Shown: positions 1 through 7,998 of the stretch, piece after piece
Numbering within the stretch: the stretch's first letter is position 1
Layout: the number at the start of each line of letters is the position of its first letter
Assembly (NCBI GenBank): GCA_903909505.1
Contig: CAIVVZ010000485.1
Coordinates: 9,347-41,346 of the forward strand
DNA: 32,000 nt
Direction: 5' to 3'
Source of the DNA: an uncultured Desulfobacteraceae bacterium
GTDB taxonomy: Bacteria; Desulfobacterota; Desulfobacteria; Desulfobacterales; Desulfatirhabdiaceae
The notes under the pieces: model-generated
The model's input: only the letters and a program-made list of their open reading frames with translations
The model's database searches: none
Told to the model about the DNA's origin: nothing
Program-made: the position numbers and the translations under genes

Positions 1-1
1 A

Positions 2-463
2 ACCGACGGCCTTGACCTGCTGCCGGTGGAAACGGTATTAAAAGCGCCCAAAACCACAACCCTGAGCACCTTTGAATGGAAGGGCGTTTCCGGAAAAGGC
101 TATGAAATCCACATGGGACAAACCCGACTCTTTAAAAGAAATCCCCTGTTGACCATTACGGAACGAAACGGACAGGCCTGCAATGAAGCCGACGGCGCCC
201 ATGCCGGTGATTTTTCGGTCATGGGAACCTATGTCCACGGCATCTTTGATACCCCTGGAATTACCCGGCTCTGGCTCGATCAGATCGGTCTTTGCCATGT
301 TCCGGTTTCTGTCGATCAAGGTCCTGTGGAACGGGATCAGGCATATGACCGGCTGGCAGAACATTTTGAAACCCATGTGAATGTTGAGGCCATTTTGTCA
401 ACCCTGAAAGCCGCGACAGGATGCAATATCGGGATTCAGTTTAAGGCTTCGCCGCTCAGATAA
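2..463 (+). CDS. cobQ: Cobyric acid synthase CobQ/CbiP, C-terminal part (5' end upstream of window)
   Basis: The frame is open from the window edge to TAA at 461-463. The tail contains 'GYEIHMGQT' and 'GTYVHGIFD', typical of the CobQ glutamine-amidotransferase-like C-terminal domain. Confidence 0.75.
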   Translation, partial: TDGLDLLPVETVLKAPKTTTLSTFEWKGVSGKGYEIHMGQTRLFKRNPLLTITERNGQACNEADGAHAGDFSVMGTYVHGIFDTPGITRLWLDQIGLCHVPVSVDQGPVERDQAYDRLAEHFETHVNVEAILSTLKAATGCNIGIQFKASPLR

Positions 464-824
464 ATCTTTCAACCGAAACATTGAAGATTTCCGACAGTTT
501 CCGGGCAATATTGATACTGATGGATCTTTGGCCTCTTTCCATATTGGAGATGTGTTGTCTGGGAATTCCGCCAAGTTCTTTTCCTAACTCAGCCTGAGTC
601 AGTCCCTTGTTCTCACGATATATCCTGAGAAAATCGCCTGGAAGCGTTTTCGCTTTTACCGATTTATACCAATCGGTTTCGAACACATTCAATAGATCAT
701 CATCTTCATTCTCAACGATATTAAACGCACTGCCGTATTCTTCCATCAAGGTTGACAAGACTTTTTCAGAGATATTTCCCTTGATGATAATCTCAGTATG
801 GGGCGTTTTCACGACTGCCTGCAT
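456..824 (-). CDS. XRE-family HTH antitoxin (HigA-like)
   Basis: 122 aa. The C-terminal 'LTQAELGKELGGIPRQHISNMERGQRSISINIARKL' is a classic Cro/XRE helix-turn-helix. A GAGG Shine-Dalgarno lies about 7 nt upstream. It overlaps the 3' end of the upstream toxin ORF by 32 nt. Confidence 0.8.
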   Translation of the reverse strand: MQAVVKTPHTEIIIKGNISEKVLSTLMEEYGSAFNIVENEDDDLLNVFETDWYKSVKAKTLPGDFLRIYRENKGLTQAELGKELGGIPRQHISNMERGQRSISINIARKLSEIFNVSVERFI

Positions 825-1056
825 AGAACACCTCTATTGTTATCGAATCTTTTTCACATTGCCAGCAAGCCACCCATTTTCGCGATAAATGACAATTATA
901 TTGATTTTCTCCAATCCGGCTGAAATTTGGCCACTCATACTGTTGTGGCCCTGTTTCTCTCAGGTCATAGAGAAGCCCCGCAAATTTCTGTTGGACAGAA
1001 AAGGGAAGTTTGACAATGTTTTTTAGGATCCGATTTTTGATGTAAATCTGATACAT
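793..1056 (-). CDS. RelE/ParE-superfamily (HigB-like) toxin
   Basis: 87 aa, with the toxin-first order typical of HigBA. The 'KIxKLPxxxQxK' type N-terminus and the C-terminal 'ITIEVFYAGSRENAPY' resemble RelE/ParE-fold mRNA interferases. Confidence 0.65.
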   Translation of the reverse strand: MYQIYIKNRILKNIVKLPFSVQQKFAGLLYDLRETGPQQYEWPNFSRIGENQYNCHLSRKWVACWQCEKDSITIEVFYAGSRENAPY

Positions 1057-1293
1057 ACTCCTTTGTAACCATTTTTTTATTACATGTCAAATCCTTCCTT
1101 AATCAATTCGGCTGTCAACTCCGAATAAATGAAGATCGCTGTTGCAGTAACTCAATACGTGTTAAGTTACTGCGCATTCTCAACTGCATCTTTGCAATGA
1201 GTCATGTCACAAACTCAACCGATCTTCCATAAATCCTCACATTGTTTGATCATCACAATGAAATTATTACTTTTATCTTAAAGAATCAATCCT

Positions 1294-1308
1294 TGGCACA
1301 CAACTTGT
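1294..1308 (+). promoter_or_regulatory. Possible sigma-54 (-24/-12) promoter
   Basis: TGGCAC-N5-TTGT, against the consensus TGGCAC-N5-TTGC. It lies about 240 nt upstream of the 1550 start, in a 490-bp intergenic region. Confidence 0.25.
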
Positions 1309-1549
1309 ATGATTTGCCGTGAAAATGATTTCCCCCCTTTTCCAAAGGGGAAAGAAGTCATTTCATGTATCTGAGAAAATAACGGTCATCGGCTGATTAT
1401 ATCGATTGAGTCGAACAATCATTTGTGATAGGGCTTTTTTTCTTGCTCGGCGAATCTATTACGCATCTACACCGGACATTGGACCTGTCATGAACGCATT
1501 TACATGAGGAGACAATCTGTCAATGCCATAAACGTAACCGGGAGAAATC

Positions 1550-4500
1550 ATGAAAACATGTCCCAATACCGCGTGTCATCAGACTCTTGGAGAGACCATC
1601 ACCATTTGCCCGGCCTGCGGATACCGCCTGGATCCGGTGCCTGTCCAGGTGGATGACTATACATTGATTGAAACAATACGCGAGACTTCGACCGGTACTC
1701 TCTACCGCGCACGTCGGAGTGCGGATGACCACGATGTCATGTTACGTCTGTATCCTGCAGAAACAGCGTTTTCACGGGAAAAAGCCGATCAGCTCAACCT
1801 GGAACTGATGGCCGTCAGTGCCCTGTCCCATGATGCCATGGTCCGCCACATCGATCTGCGACAATCACAGGATGGCCGATGGTATCGGGTCAGCGAGTGG
1901 ATTGAAACAGTCATCTGGGGCGATTTGATGGCAGCGCGCTTTTTTCGGGACCCGCGCAACAAAAAAGAATGGATCGGGCTGTTCATCCAGATGACATCGG
2001 CCCTGAACGTTCTTCACAAAAGCGGCCGGATCATGCCGCATGTGTCGCTCAACGATCTGTTACTTTTTAAAGGACCGGTCGATCAATGGAAAATCAAGCT
2101 CGATTACAAGCTTTCCCCCATACCGGCCGATCCCCAACAAGCCCGGCCCGAGCAGCATTTATTTCTGTCCCGGCATCCCGATTTTGCAGCTAAGCAACCG
2201 CTGGATTTCCGAAGCGACATCTGGACCCTGGGAAGACTGATGCTGGAGCTATTGGTCGGAACGGATGAAATCGACGACAGCCAGAAACTACTGGATCAAA
2301 TCTACCAACAATTCGAACCCATTGTTCTGCATCGCAAACTGAGCGGGCTGCTGCGCGCCATGATCGAAGATGATCCGGACAGGCGGACTTCAACCATGGA
2401 AACCGTCATAAAAGCACTTGACGCCATCACCGACGAAGACATCGCCAAATGGAATGAATTTGCCAAAGACCCCACAAAGACGAAAAAACTGGGCCGGAAT
2501 ATCCGGTTTTATGCAATTGCCGCAACCTGTATCGTTATCGGGATTGTCGTTTCCTTGACAATCTACCAGCGATGGCAAACCAACCGGGAACTGGAACGGG
2601 TCGCTGAGGAAGCCACGCAGCAGGCCAGCCGTTCGGTTCAAAAAATAGAGGCAATGATCCAGGGCGAAAAAGGCTATTTTGATCAGGCCATTTCAGAACA
2701 GCTTGCCAGAACGCTGGTTTCGATGAAGGAAATGCTGCCGGAGCAGAAAATAACCACTTTGACGGAGAAGTATCGCCGCTCGGTGGCGTTTGTTCTGGTG
2801 GAGTGTTCATTGGAATTGAGAGGCAAACGAATCCCGGTATCTCAGTCATCCGGGACCGCGTTTCTGGTATCATCCGATGGTTTTCTGCTGACCAATCGCC
2901 ATGTGGCCTGTCCGTGGCTTAAAAACAGCGAACTGGAAAAAGTCATTAAAAAGGCAAACACCGAAAAGGTTCCCATTAAATTGAAGTACAATCACTATGT
3001 GTGGTTTGATGGTGATCAGGCTTTTCGAACAGTGGCGGGTGTCCTTACCGATAATCTGGAAGACCAATACAAGCTTTCAACCGCTTACCGGAGTGACGGC
3101 CAAAATGGCAAGAAAGTCGAACTTCTGGGCGCGATGCAGGAGCCGGTGGAAATATTGGAAAATATGTATGGGCTTCAGGATGATGTAGCCGTTCTCAGGG
3201 TTTATCCCCCGCCTCCGGATGCCGTACCCATACCCTTGGGGGTGCATGAACCCGGCAAAAGCATGTCCAAGGGAACTTCGGTATTTGCTTTGGGCTTCCC
3301 TCATGGACGAAAGAGTATCGAGGGAGATACGGTGGTATCCCGCTGCACCGATGGAACCATTTCTCGTGTGTTTGATAATGTTCTTGCCACGAATGCGGAT
3401 TTACATCCGGGCAACAGCGGCGGTCCGGCGATCGATCTGGATGGGTTTGCCATAGGAATTACATCGGCATGTTTTGTTTCCAGATCAGGATCTAATACCC
3501 CCACGTCTCAAAACTCCATGGGCTGGATTTATCCCATCCAAAATGCCCGGCTTTTCCTGGACAGTGTGCGCGTGGGCAATCCGCAGTGGAAGGGCATGCC
3601 CACCTATACGTTTGAAGCCGCACTCGATAAAGCCCGATCAACAGCACTTGCCGGCAATTCGGCGGCAGCCACGCAAATCATGGACAGTTTAATCGCAGAG
3701 TCTCCCCACCCTGACCTGTATTTCTGGGCCGGTATTCTTTCGGCCAAAGGAGACTATCTTACCGACAGCGGAAAATCTCATCTGAAAAATGCTATAAAGC
3801 TGGAGCCCCGGAATATGCTCCCCAGATTTCTCCTGTACCGCGCGGATTTCCTGGCAGGTGTTCCCGAAACGGACCGAGCCTGTCGCGCGGATCTTGCGGC
3901 CCTGGACTGGCGTCACTCGCAGGATTTGATGCGATACCTGATGCAGATCCTCGAAGGTGGCGTACCGGCCGAGAAAGCCGCCGAAAGCGCGAGCACGCCG
4001 GAGGAAGAGGCGTTCATTCATTGGACGGCCGCATCACTGGATAAATTGCGCGGCAATCAAGCCAATTACCACCGTCACCTGCTGGCGGCCCATGCCGTTG
4101 CGGAACAGGGCTCGCCCCTTGGGTTTCTTATTCAATCCGAACTGAAGCAGACCCATATCCATCCGAAAATTGACAGACAGCCACCCTCCGCGACGGAAAC
4201 TGCCGGTGCCGTTTCTCTTGAGGCTATGCTGAATCAGCTTCTTGAAGAAAACCAACCAACACCGCAACAGCCTGAGGTTTCAAACAGCCGCGCCGCGATG
4301 ATTCAAGAAGCCTTCGATTTTACAACAAAGGGACTTTGGCAAAAAGCTCTTGCCAGGGCAGATCAGTACCTGGCCATGCCAGGTCGGGAATCGGCCAACA
4401 CGCTGGGCATGGGACTGCTGCGATGCCAGTTGCTTTATTTGATCGGAGATATACAAAAGGCGGAAAATGCCCTGAAGGAATACAGCCAACAGATCCATGA

Positions 4501-4750
4501 CCCCTGGTATCGAAGGCTGGCAGACGGCCTGTTGGGCTCGGCGAGTGAAGAATCACTTCGCGCGGAAGCCATGAACAGCCGCGAGAAAACGATCACCCTG
4601 GCAATTGCGCTGGGATTGAAGGCCGATGCGGACGGGGAAAAGTCAAAGGCCATCGAGTATTATAACGACGCACTGGATACCGGTATGATCAACTGGCTGG
4701 AATTCGGGCTTGCCAATGCACGCCGCGAAAACATTCGATCGGCTATTTGA
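1550..4750 (+). CDS. Zn-ribbon / protein-kinase-like (probable pseudokinase) / TM / trypsin-like serine protease / TPR multidomain membrane protein
   Basis: 1066 aa with a GGGAGA RBS. N-terminal CxxxxC...CPAC ribbon. The Hanks-kinase-like region keeps 'SDIWTLGRLMLELLVG' and 'DPDRR', but VAIK is 'VMLRL' and the HRDLKPxN position reads 'IMPHVSLN'. One TM helix, 'FYAIAATCIVIGIVVSLTIY'. Protease triad motifs are 'LTNRHV' (about 2891), 'DDVAVLRV' and 'GNSGGP' (about 3410-3427). The C-terminal ~350 aa are TPR-like. Confidence 0.8.
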   Translation: MKTCPNTACHQTLGETITICPACGYRLDPVPVQVDDYTLIETIRETSTGTLYRARRSADDHDVMLRLYPAETAFSREKADQLNLELMAVSALSHDAMVRHIDLRQSQDGRWYRVSEWIETVIWGDLMAARFFRDPRNKKEWIGLFIQMTSALNVLHKSGRIMPHVSLNDLLLFKGPVDQWKIKLDYKLSPIPADPQQARPEQHLFLSRHPDFAAKQPLDFRSDIWTLGRLMLELLVGTDEIDDSQKLLDQIYQQFEPIVLHRKLSGLLRAMIEDDPDRRTSTMETVIKALDAITDEDIAKWNEFAKDPTKTKKLGRNIRFYAIAATCIVIGIVVSLTIYQRWQTNRELERVAEEATQQASRSVQKIEAMIQGEKGYFDQAISEQLARTLVSMKEMLPEQKITTLTEKYRRSVAFVLVECSLELRGKRIPVSQSSGTAFLVSSDGFLLTNRHVACPWLKNSELEKVIKKANTEKVPIKLKYNHYVWFDGDQAFRTVAGVLTDNLEDQYKLSTAYRSDGQNGKKVELLGAMQEPVEILENMYGLQDDVAVLRVYPPPPDAVPIPLGVHEPGKSMSKGTSVFALGFPHGRKSIEGDTVVSRCTDGTISRVFDNVLATNADLHPGNSGGPAIDLDGFAIGITSACFVSRSGSNTPTSQNSMGWIYPIQNARLFLDSVRVGNPQWKGMPTYTFEAALDKARSTALAGNSAAATQIMDSLIAESPHPDLYFWAGILSAKGDYLTDSGKSHLKNAIKLEPRNMLPRFLLYRADFLAGVPETDRACRADLAALDWRHSQDLMRYLMQILEGGVPAEKAAESASTPEEEAFIHWTAASLDKLRGNQANYHRHLLAAHAVAEQGSPLGFLIQSELKQTHIHPKIDRQPPSATETAGAVSLEAMLNQLLEENQPTPQQPEVSNSRAAMIQEAFDFTTKGLWQKALARADQYLAMPGRESANTLGMGLLRCQLLYLIGDIQKAENALKEYSQQIHDPWYRRLADGLLGSASEESLRAEAMNSREKTITLAIALGLKADADGEKSKAIEYYNDALDTGMINWLEFGLANARRENIRSAI

Positions 4751-4756
4751 TAAAAA

Positions 4757-5098
4757 ATGATAGTCAAACCAGCTCGAACAATGAAAACACACCCTCCTCA
4801 CCCGATTCCCGTCGTCCGTCTGATTGTCCCCGATGACACCGGTCGCGTGCTGATCTTGCGCCGAAACCACATCGGCTATGCGGCCGGTGACTGGTGCCTG
4901 CCGGGCGGCAAAATCGATTACGGCGATACCGTGGAAGAATCCGCCCGCCGGGAGTTGTTTGAAGAAACCGGACTGACCTGCACAGAGATGAAATTCCTTT
5001 TTTACCAGGACAGCCTGCCCATGGAAGCCGAGGAAATGCATTGTATCAACTTCTATATAGAATGCCGGTGCTCGGGAGCCATCACCATGAACGAATAA
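4757..5098 (+). CDS. NUDIX hydrolase, ended by an in-frame TAA; the frame continues to 5227
   Basis: Nudix box 'GGKIDYGDTVEESARRELFEETGL'. After the TAA at 5096-5098 the same frame stays open for 42 more codons ('SSEFEWIRPVDFAKYSLAFRNDEALQWY...') to TAA at 5225-5227. This stretch looks like the normal NUDIX C-terminus. Confidence 0.75.
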   Translation: MIVKPARTMKTHPPHPIPVVRLIVPDDTGRVLILRRNHIGYAAGDWCLPGGKIDYGDTVEESARRELFEETGLTCTEMKFLFYQDSLPMEAEEMHCINFYIECRCSGAITMNE

Positions 5099-5268
5099 TC
5101 CAGTGAATTCGAATGGATACGTCCGGTTGATTTTGCAAAGTATTCACTGGCTTTTCGAAATGACGAAGCTTTGCAGTGGTACGGGCAATACCACAAGGAT
5201 TGGCGATCCGGTGAAGCATATCATTAATAGATCAACGTGGTAATTACCTGCATTATGAGGAGACGAAT

Positions 5269-5652
5269 ATGAATTATTTCTTACTATTTATTTGGATTGT
5301 ATTTATATCGTTTGTTTTCATAAGATTTGGAACTTTGTATGGCGTTTTAAGTATTCTCGGATCATTTATTCTTAACAAAATGTTGATGATGACCCCGTTT
5401 GGAAAAAGAAGAATAGTAATGAGGAAAATATTAAAGGAAGTGAACAGAGAATTCCCAGGAGGAATAATAAATTCAGGTGGGCGACAAATAAGTGTTTGGG
5501 AGGTTGGACCTCCAGATTATGTTTGGACCAGATGGTCGAATCTTGAGCGAGAAATCTTTGAAGAAATAGCCGCAAAACAAAGTCATCAAAGGTCTTATCA
5601 GAAGGCAGCAATTAAGTATCTTAGGAAGAGGAGTAGTGATTCCAATGATTGA
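5269..5652 (+). CDS. Small hypothetical membrane protein in an AT-rich patch
   Basis: 127 aa with a GAGGAG RBS. The N-terminus is hydrophobic (about 2 TM: 'FLLFIWIVFISFVFI', 'GVLSILGSFILNKML') and the tail is basic. I recognise no family. Confidence 0.45.
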   Translation: MNYFLLFIWIVFISFVFIRFGTLYGVLSILGSFILNKMLMMTPFGKRRIVMRKILKEVNREFPGGIINSGGRQISVWEVGPPDYVWTRWSNLEREIFEEIAAKQSHQRSYQKAAIKYLRKRSSDSND

Positions 5653-5770
5653 AAGAAAATTTACCACTGGCTGGAGCATGGAGATCGCTGGACGGGTTTT
5701 CTGTTCCCGGCCAGTACAATTTCTCACTGTTCAAGATGAAGTTTAAACCTAATGAGAGAGGAGTAGATCA

Positions 5771-6562
5771 ATGGCTGAACATGCAAAATCTCAAGAACAG
5801 GTGCTGTTGGTTGGTCTCGATGAGAATTCTATTGGTGCTCTTCGAAATACGGCAGCTCGGTATCCGCTATCTGATTGTGGAATTAATAATATACAGGAGT
5901 TTTTTGGTAGCGCGCTGGATCAAAGCTGCTCATTGTTTGCAAACTCTTGTGCGGCTGTGTTCGTTGTGAGTCCGGAAGCGCTCGATTCCAAAGAATTTAG
6001 ACATTGTATTGAGCAGGCAGTAACAGAGGTTCGCCAGCGAATCGACTTTCGATTGCTGATTCTTCTCCAAAGGATAGACCGGGACATGTTTTTTCATACT
6101 GAGGGGTCGGGGGCTAAGACAGTGAAGATAATCATGCGGAATGTACACGTCACCGGATTGCAAGACCCTGAAGACGTAATGCGTGAGTTAGTCAATTATT
6201 CTCGAACGCTACCCTCACGACGAAACATATACTCGGCTCGTCTTCGAAACCTTCGAATCAAAACAGGTATCTTCCATACGTCTCAATGGCTCAATCGTGC
6301 TTTGATTTTTGGTCTATTTATAGCTCTTGCCTTCAGCCCGGGGCCACTGTTTCGCGAAGGTTACCACCTGAGGCAGGCATTGGTGGTTATGTTGTTGATG
6401 GGGCTGGGCGTCGCCAAGGCAATGCCTGCTGTGTTGAGTCGAATCACATGGGGGCGTGGCGCATATTGGAATTCAATACTCGAATTTCGCTTTTGGTGGT
6501 CTGTTGCTACGCTTGTCATTGCTTGCTGGCTGAGCTTCCACAACTCGGCTTACTTTGGCTAA
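5771..6562 (+). CDS. Membrane protein with a divergent TIR-like N-terminal domain and about 3 C-terminal TM helices
   Basis: 263 aa with a GAGGAG RBS. 'AAVFVVSPEALDSKEFRHCIEQAV' followed by 'FRLLILLQRIDRD' matches the beta-D/alpha-D/beta-E pattern of TIR domains (xxVLSpxxxxSxWCxxE). The usual FISY-type first strand is absent. TM helices fall at about 6280-6540. Confidence 0.55.
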   Translation: MAEHAKSQEQVLLVGLDENSIGALRNTAARYPLSDCGINNIQEFFGSALDQSCSLFANSCAAVFVVSPEALDSKEFRHCIEQAVTEVRQRIDFRLLILLQRIDRDMFFHTEGSGAKTVKIIMRNVHVTGLQDPEDVMRELVNYSRTLPSRRNIYSARLRNLRIKTGIFHTSQWLNRALIFGLFIALAFSPGPLFREGYHLRQALVVMLLMGLGVAKAMPAVLSRITWGRGAYWNSILEFRFWWSVATLVIACWLSFHNSAYFG

Positions 6563-6565
6563 CTG

Positions 6566-7759
6566 GTGGTCGGATTCCTTGGCTGCGGGTTATTATCAAT
6601 GATTCGGCGCGAAAATACTAATGCAGCCATTGAACTAAAAAGTCTGAACAATGCTGCAGTCGATCAGTTTTCGCCAACAAATATTTCACGGTCTTGTAAG
6701 GCTGTCGACCATTGGGTAAACGGGGCAGCTCACGCGAGATCACAGTTCTACGAGAACTGTCCTTTGTTGACCCAGCCAGCGAAGAAGAAGTCGGTTTTAA
6801 TCAGTTACTCCCACCACGGTGAATGGGGGCCATCGACGGCCTGCGAACTCTCGCGGTTCTGCGCTCAACATGACATAGACTATTTTATTGATGAACACAC
6901 GATTCCCGAGGGTAGCGCCTGGCCGTTTTGGGTGGAGTTTGCAGGTATTCGCCAATGTGGGCTCTTCGTCTTACTGTTGGATAAATACAGCGCTTCCAGT
7001 GGCTGGACAGCAACAGAAACCGAATTCGCACTTCGTTCTATCTATGAAGTCGGCAGCCCGTATATGGTTGTCGTTTTCGAGCCAAGCTACCTCGAAGACA
7101 ACGATGATCGCAGTGAAACACTGCCGGTTTTTCACGCTATTTGCTCTCGCCTGATCGGCACTTACTACGGTCAAGGGGCCACAGCACTACCTATGTACGC
7201 ACCACAGCCATGTTTCGGTAATAGGGAAAGCCTCGAACACTTGAAGAAGCAAATCCGCGATATGACCTTTGGTACCCCTGGACTTATGGGATATAGTGTA
7301 TTTCGGGTCCTCTGCAGAATCAGCGTCGTAATGGAACACAGTGTTGCCCTGCTAACAGCCTTGGGAATGTTCCTGATCTACTTGAAATTTTTCCAACCAG
7401 ATGTCCTGCTGGCTTATTTATCACCGAACTTGGCCATCGCACTATCGAGCGTTTTTTTGTTCTCCTTCGGCTATCAATTGCGTGTTGGCTGGATTGTCTA
7501 CACAACGAGGTGTCAGACTGCTGAAACTACTCCGCTTAGGCATCGTATTAACGCTATCTGGTCTCCATGTGTCCTTCTGATTTCCCTCCTATCCACCAAT
7601 ATTTTTCAACAATTATCATGGGCTGCACGGATCGCGTCGTTGCTCATGCCTGCTTTTGGTTGGTTTGCAAATCGATTTAGCGCCAGGGAAGACAGACTCG
7701 CCCCTGTCTGGTCGATAGTGTCACATAGCCAAGCGGTTTATGGTCTGAAGAAAAAATAG
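6566..7759 (+). CDS. TIR-domain protein with about 4 C-terminal TM helices
   Basis: 397 aa. 'KKKSVLISYSHHGEWG...DIDYFIDEHTIPEGSAW...FVLLLDKYSASSGWTATETEFAL' has the TIR core motifs, including the conserved Glu. The C-terminal 160 aa are strongly hydrophobic. The start is uncertain: GTG at 6566, or in-frame ATG at 6599. It begins 4 nt after the preceding stop. Confidence 0.75.
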   Translation: MVGFLGCGLLSMIRRENTNAAIELKSLNNAAVDQFSPTNISRSCKAVDHWVNGAAHARSQFYENCPLLTQPAKKKSVLISYSHHGEWGPSTACELSRFCAQHDIDYFIDEHTIPEGSAWPFWVEFAGIRQCGLFVLLLDKYSASSGWTATETEFALRSIYEVGSPYMVVVFEPSYLEDNDDRSETLPVFHAICSRLIGTYYGQGATALPMYAPQPCFGNRESLEHLKKQIRDMTFGTPGLMGYSVFRVLCRISVVMEHSVALLTALGMFLIYLKFFQPDVLLAYLSPNLAIALSSVFLFSFGYQLRVGWIVYTTRCQTAETTPLRHRINAIWSPCVLLISLLSTNIFQQLSWAARIASLLMPAFGWFANRFSAREDRLAPVWSIVSHSQAVYGLKKK

Positions 7760-7998
7760 AAAGTTGGAAGTAAGTTATGTAAGTGCAACAGATATTACGG
7801 CACTCAAAACATGCCTTAATGGTTGGTTTTTCACCGACAAGGCCACCCGGCAGGCATCACCGTATGATATGGATGCTGGAGCCATATGAATTAACAATAG
7901 ATAATCAATTTACTCCTGCTGGATGTCTTATTCTGCAAAGCCTTGCAGTCCGCCGGATGAACAAACAATCTCCAAGTCTATCTAAAAAGGAATCGACC

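Noticed and set aside
1329-1353. Short hairpin CCCCTTT-TCC-AAAGGGG in the 1057-1549 intergenic region
   Set aside because: It has a 7-bp stem and a 3-nt loop, with no adjacent T-run on either strand. That is not convincing as a terminator, and its function is unknown.
4643-5041. 132-aa minus-strand ORF
   Set aside because: It is antisense to the NUDIX gene, whose Nudix box is unambiguous.
7783-7998. 72-aa N-terminal extension of the RSH gene from a non-ATG start
   Set aside because: The extension has no domain signal. A good RBS (AAAGGA) precedes ATG 7999, just before the conserved region begins.
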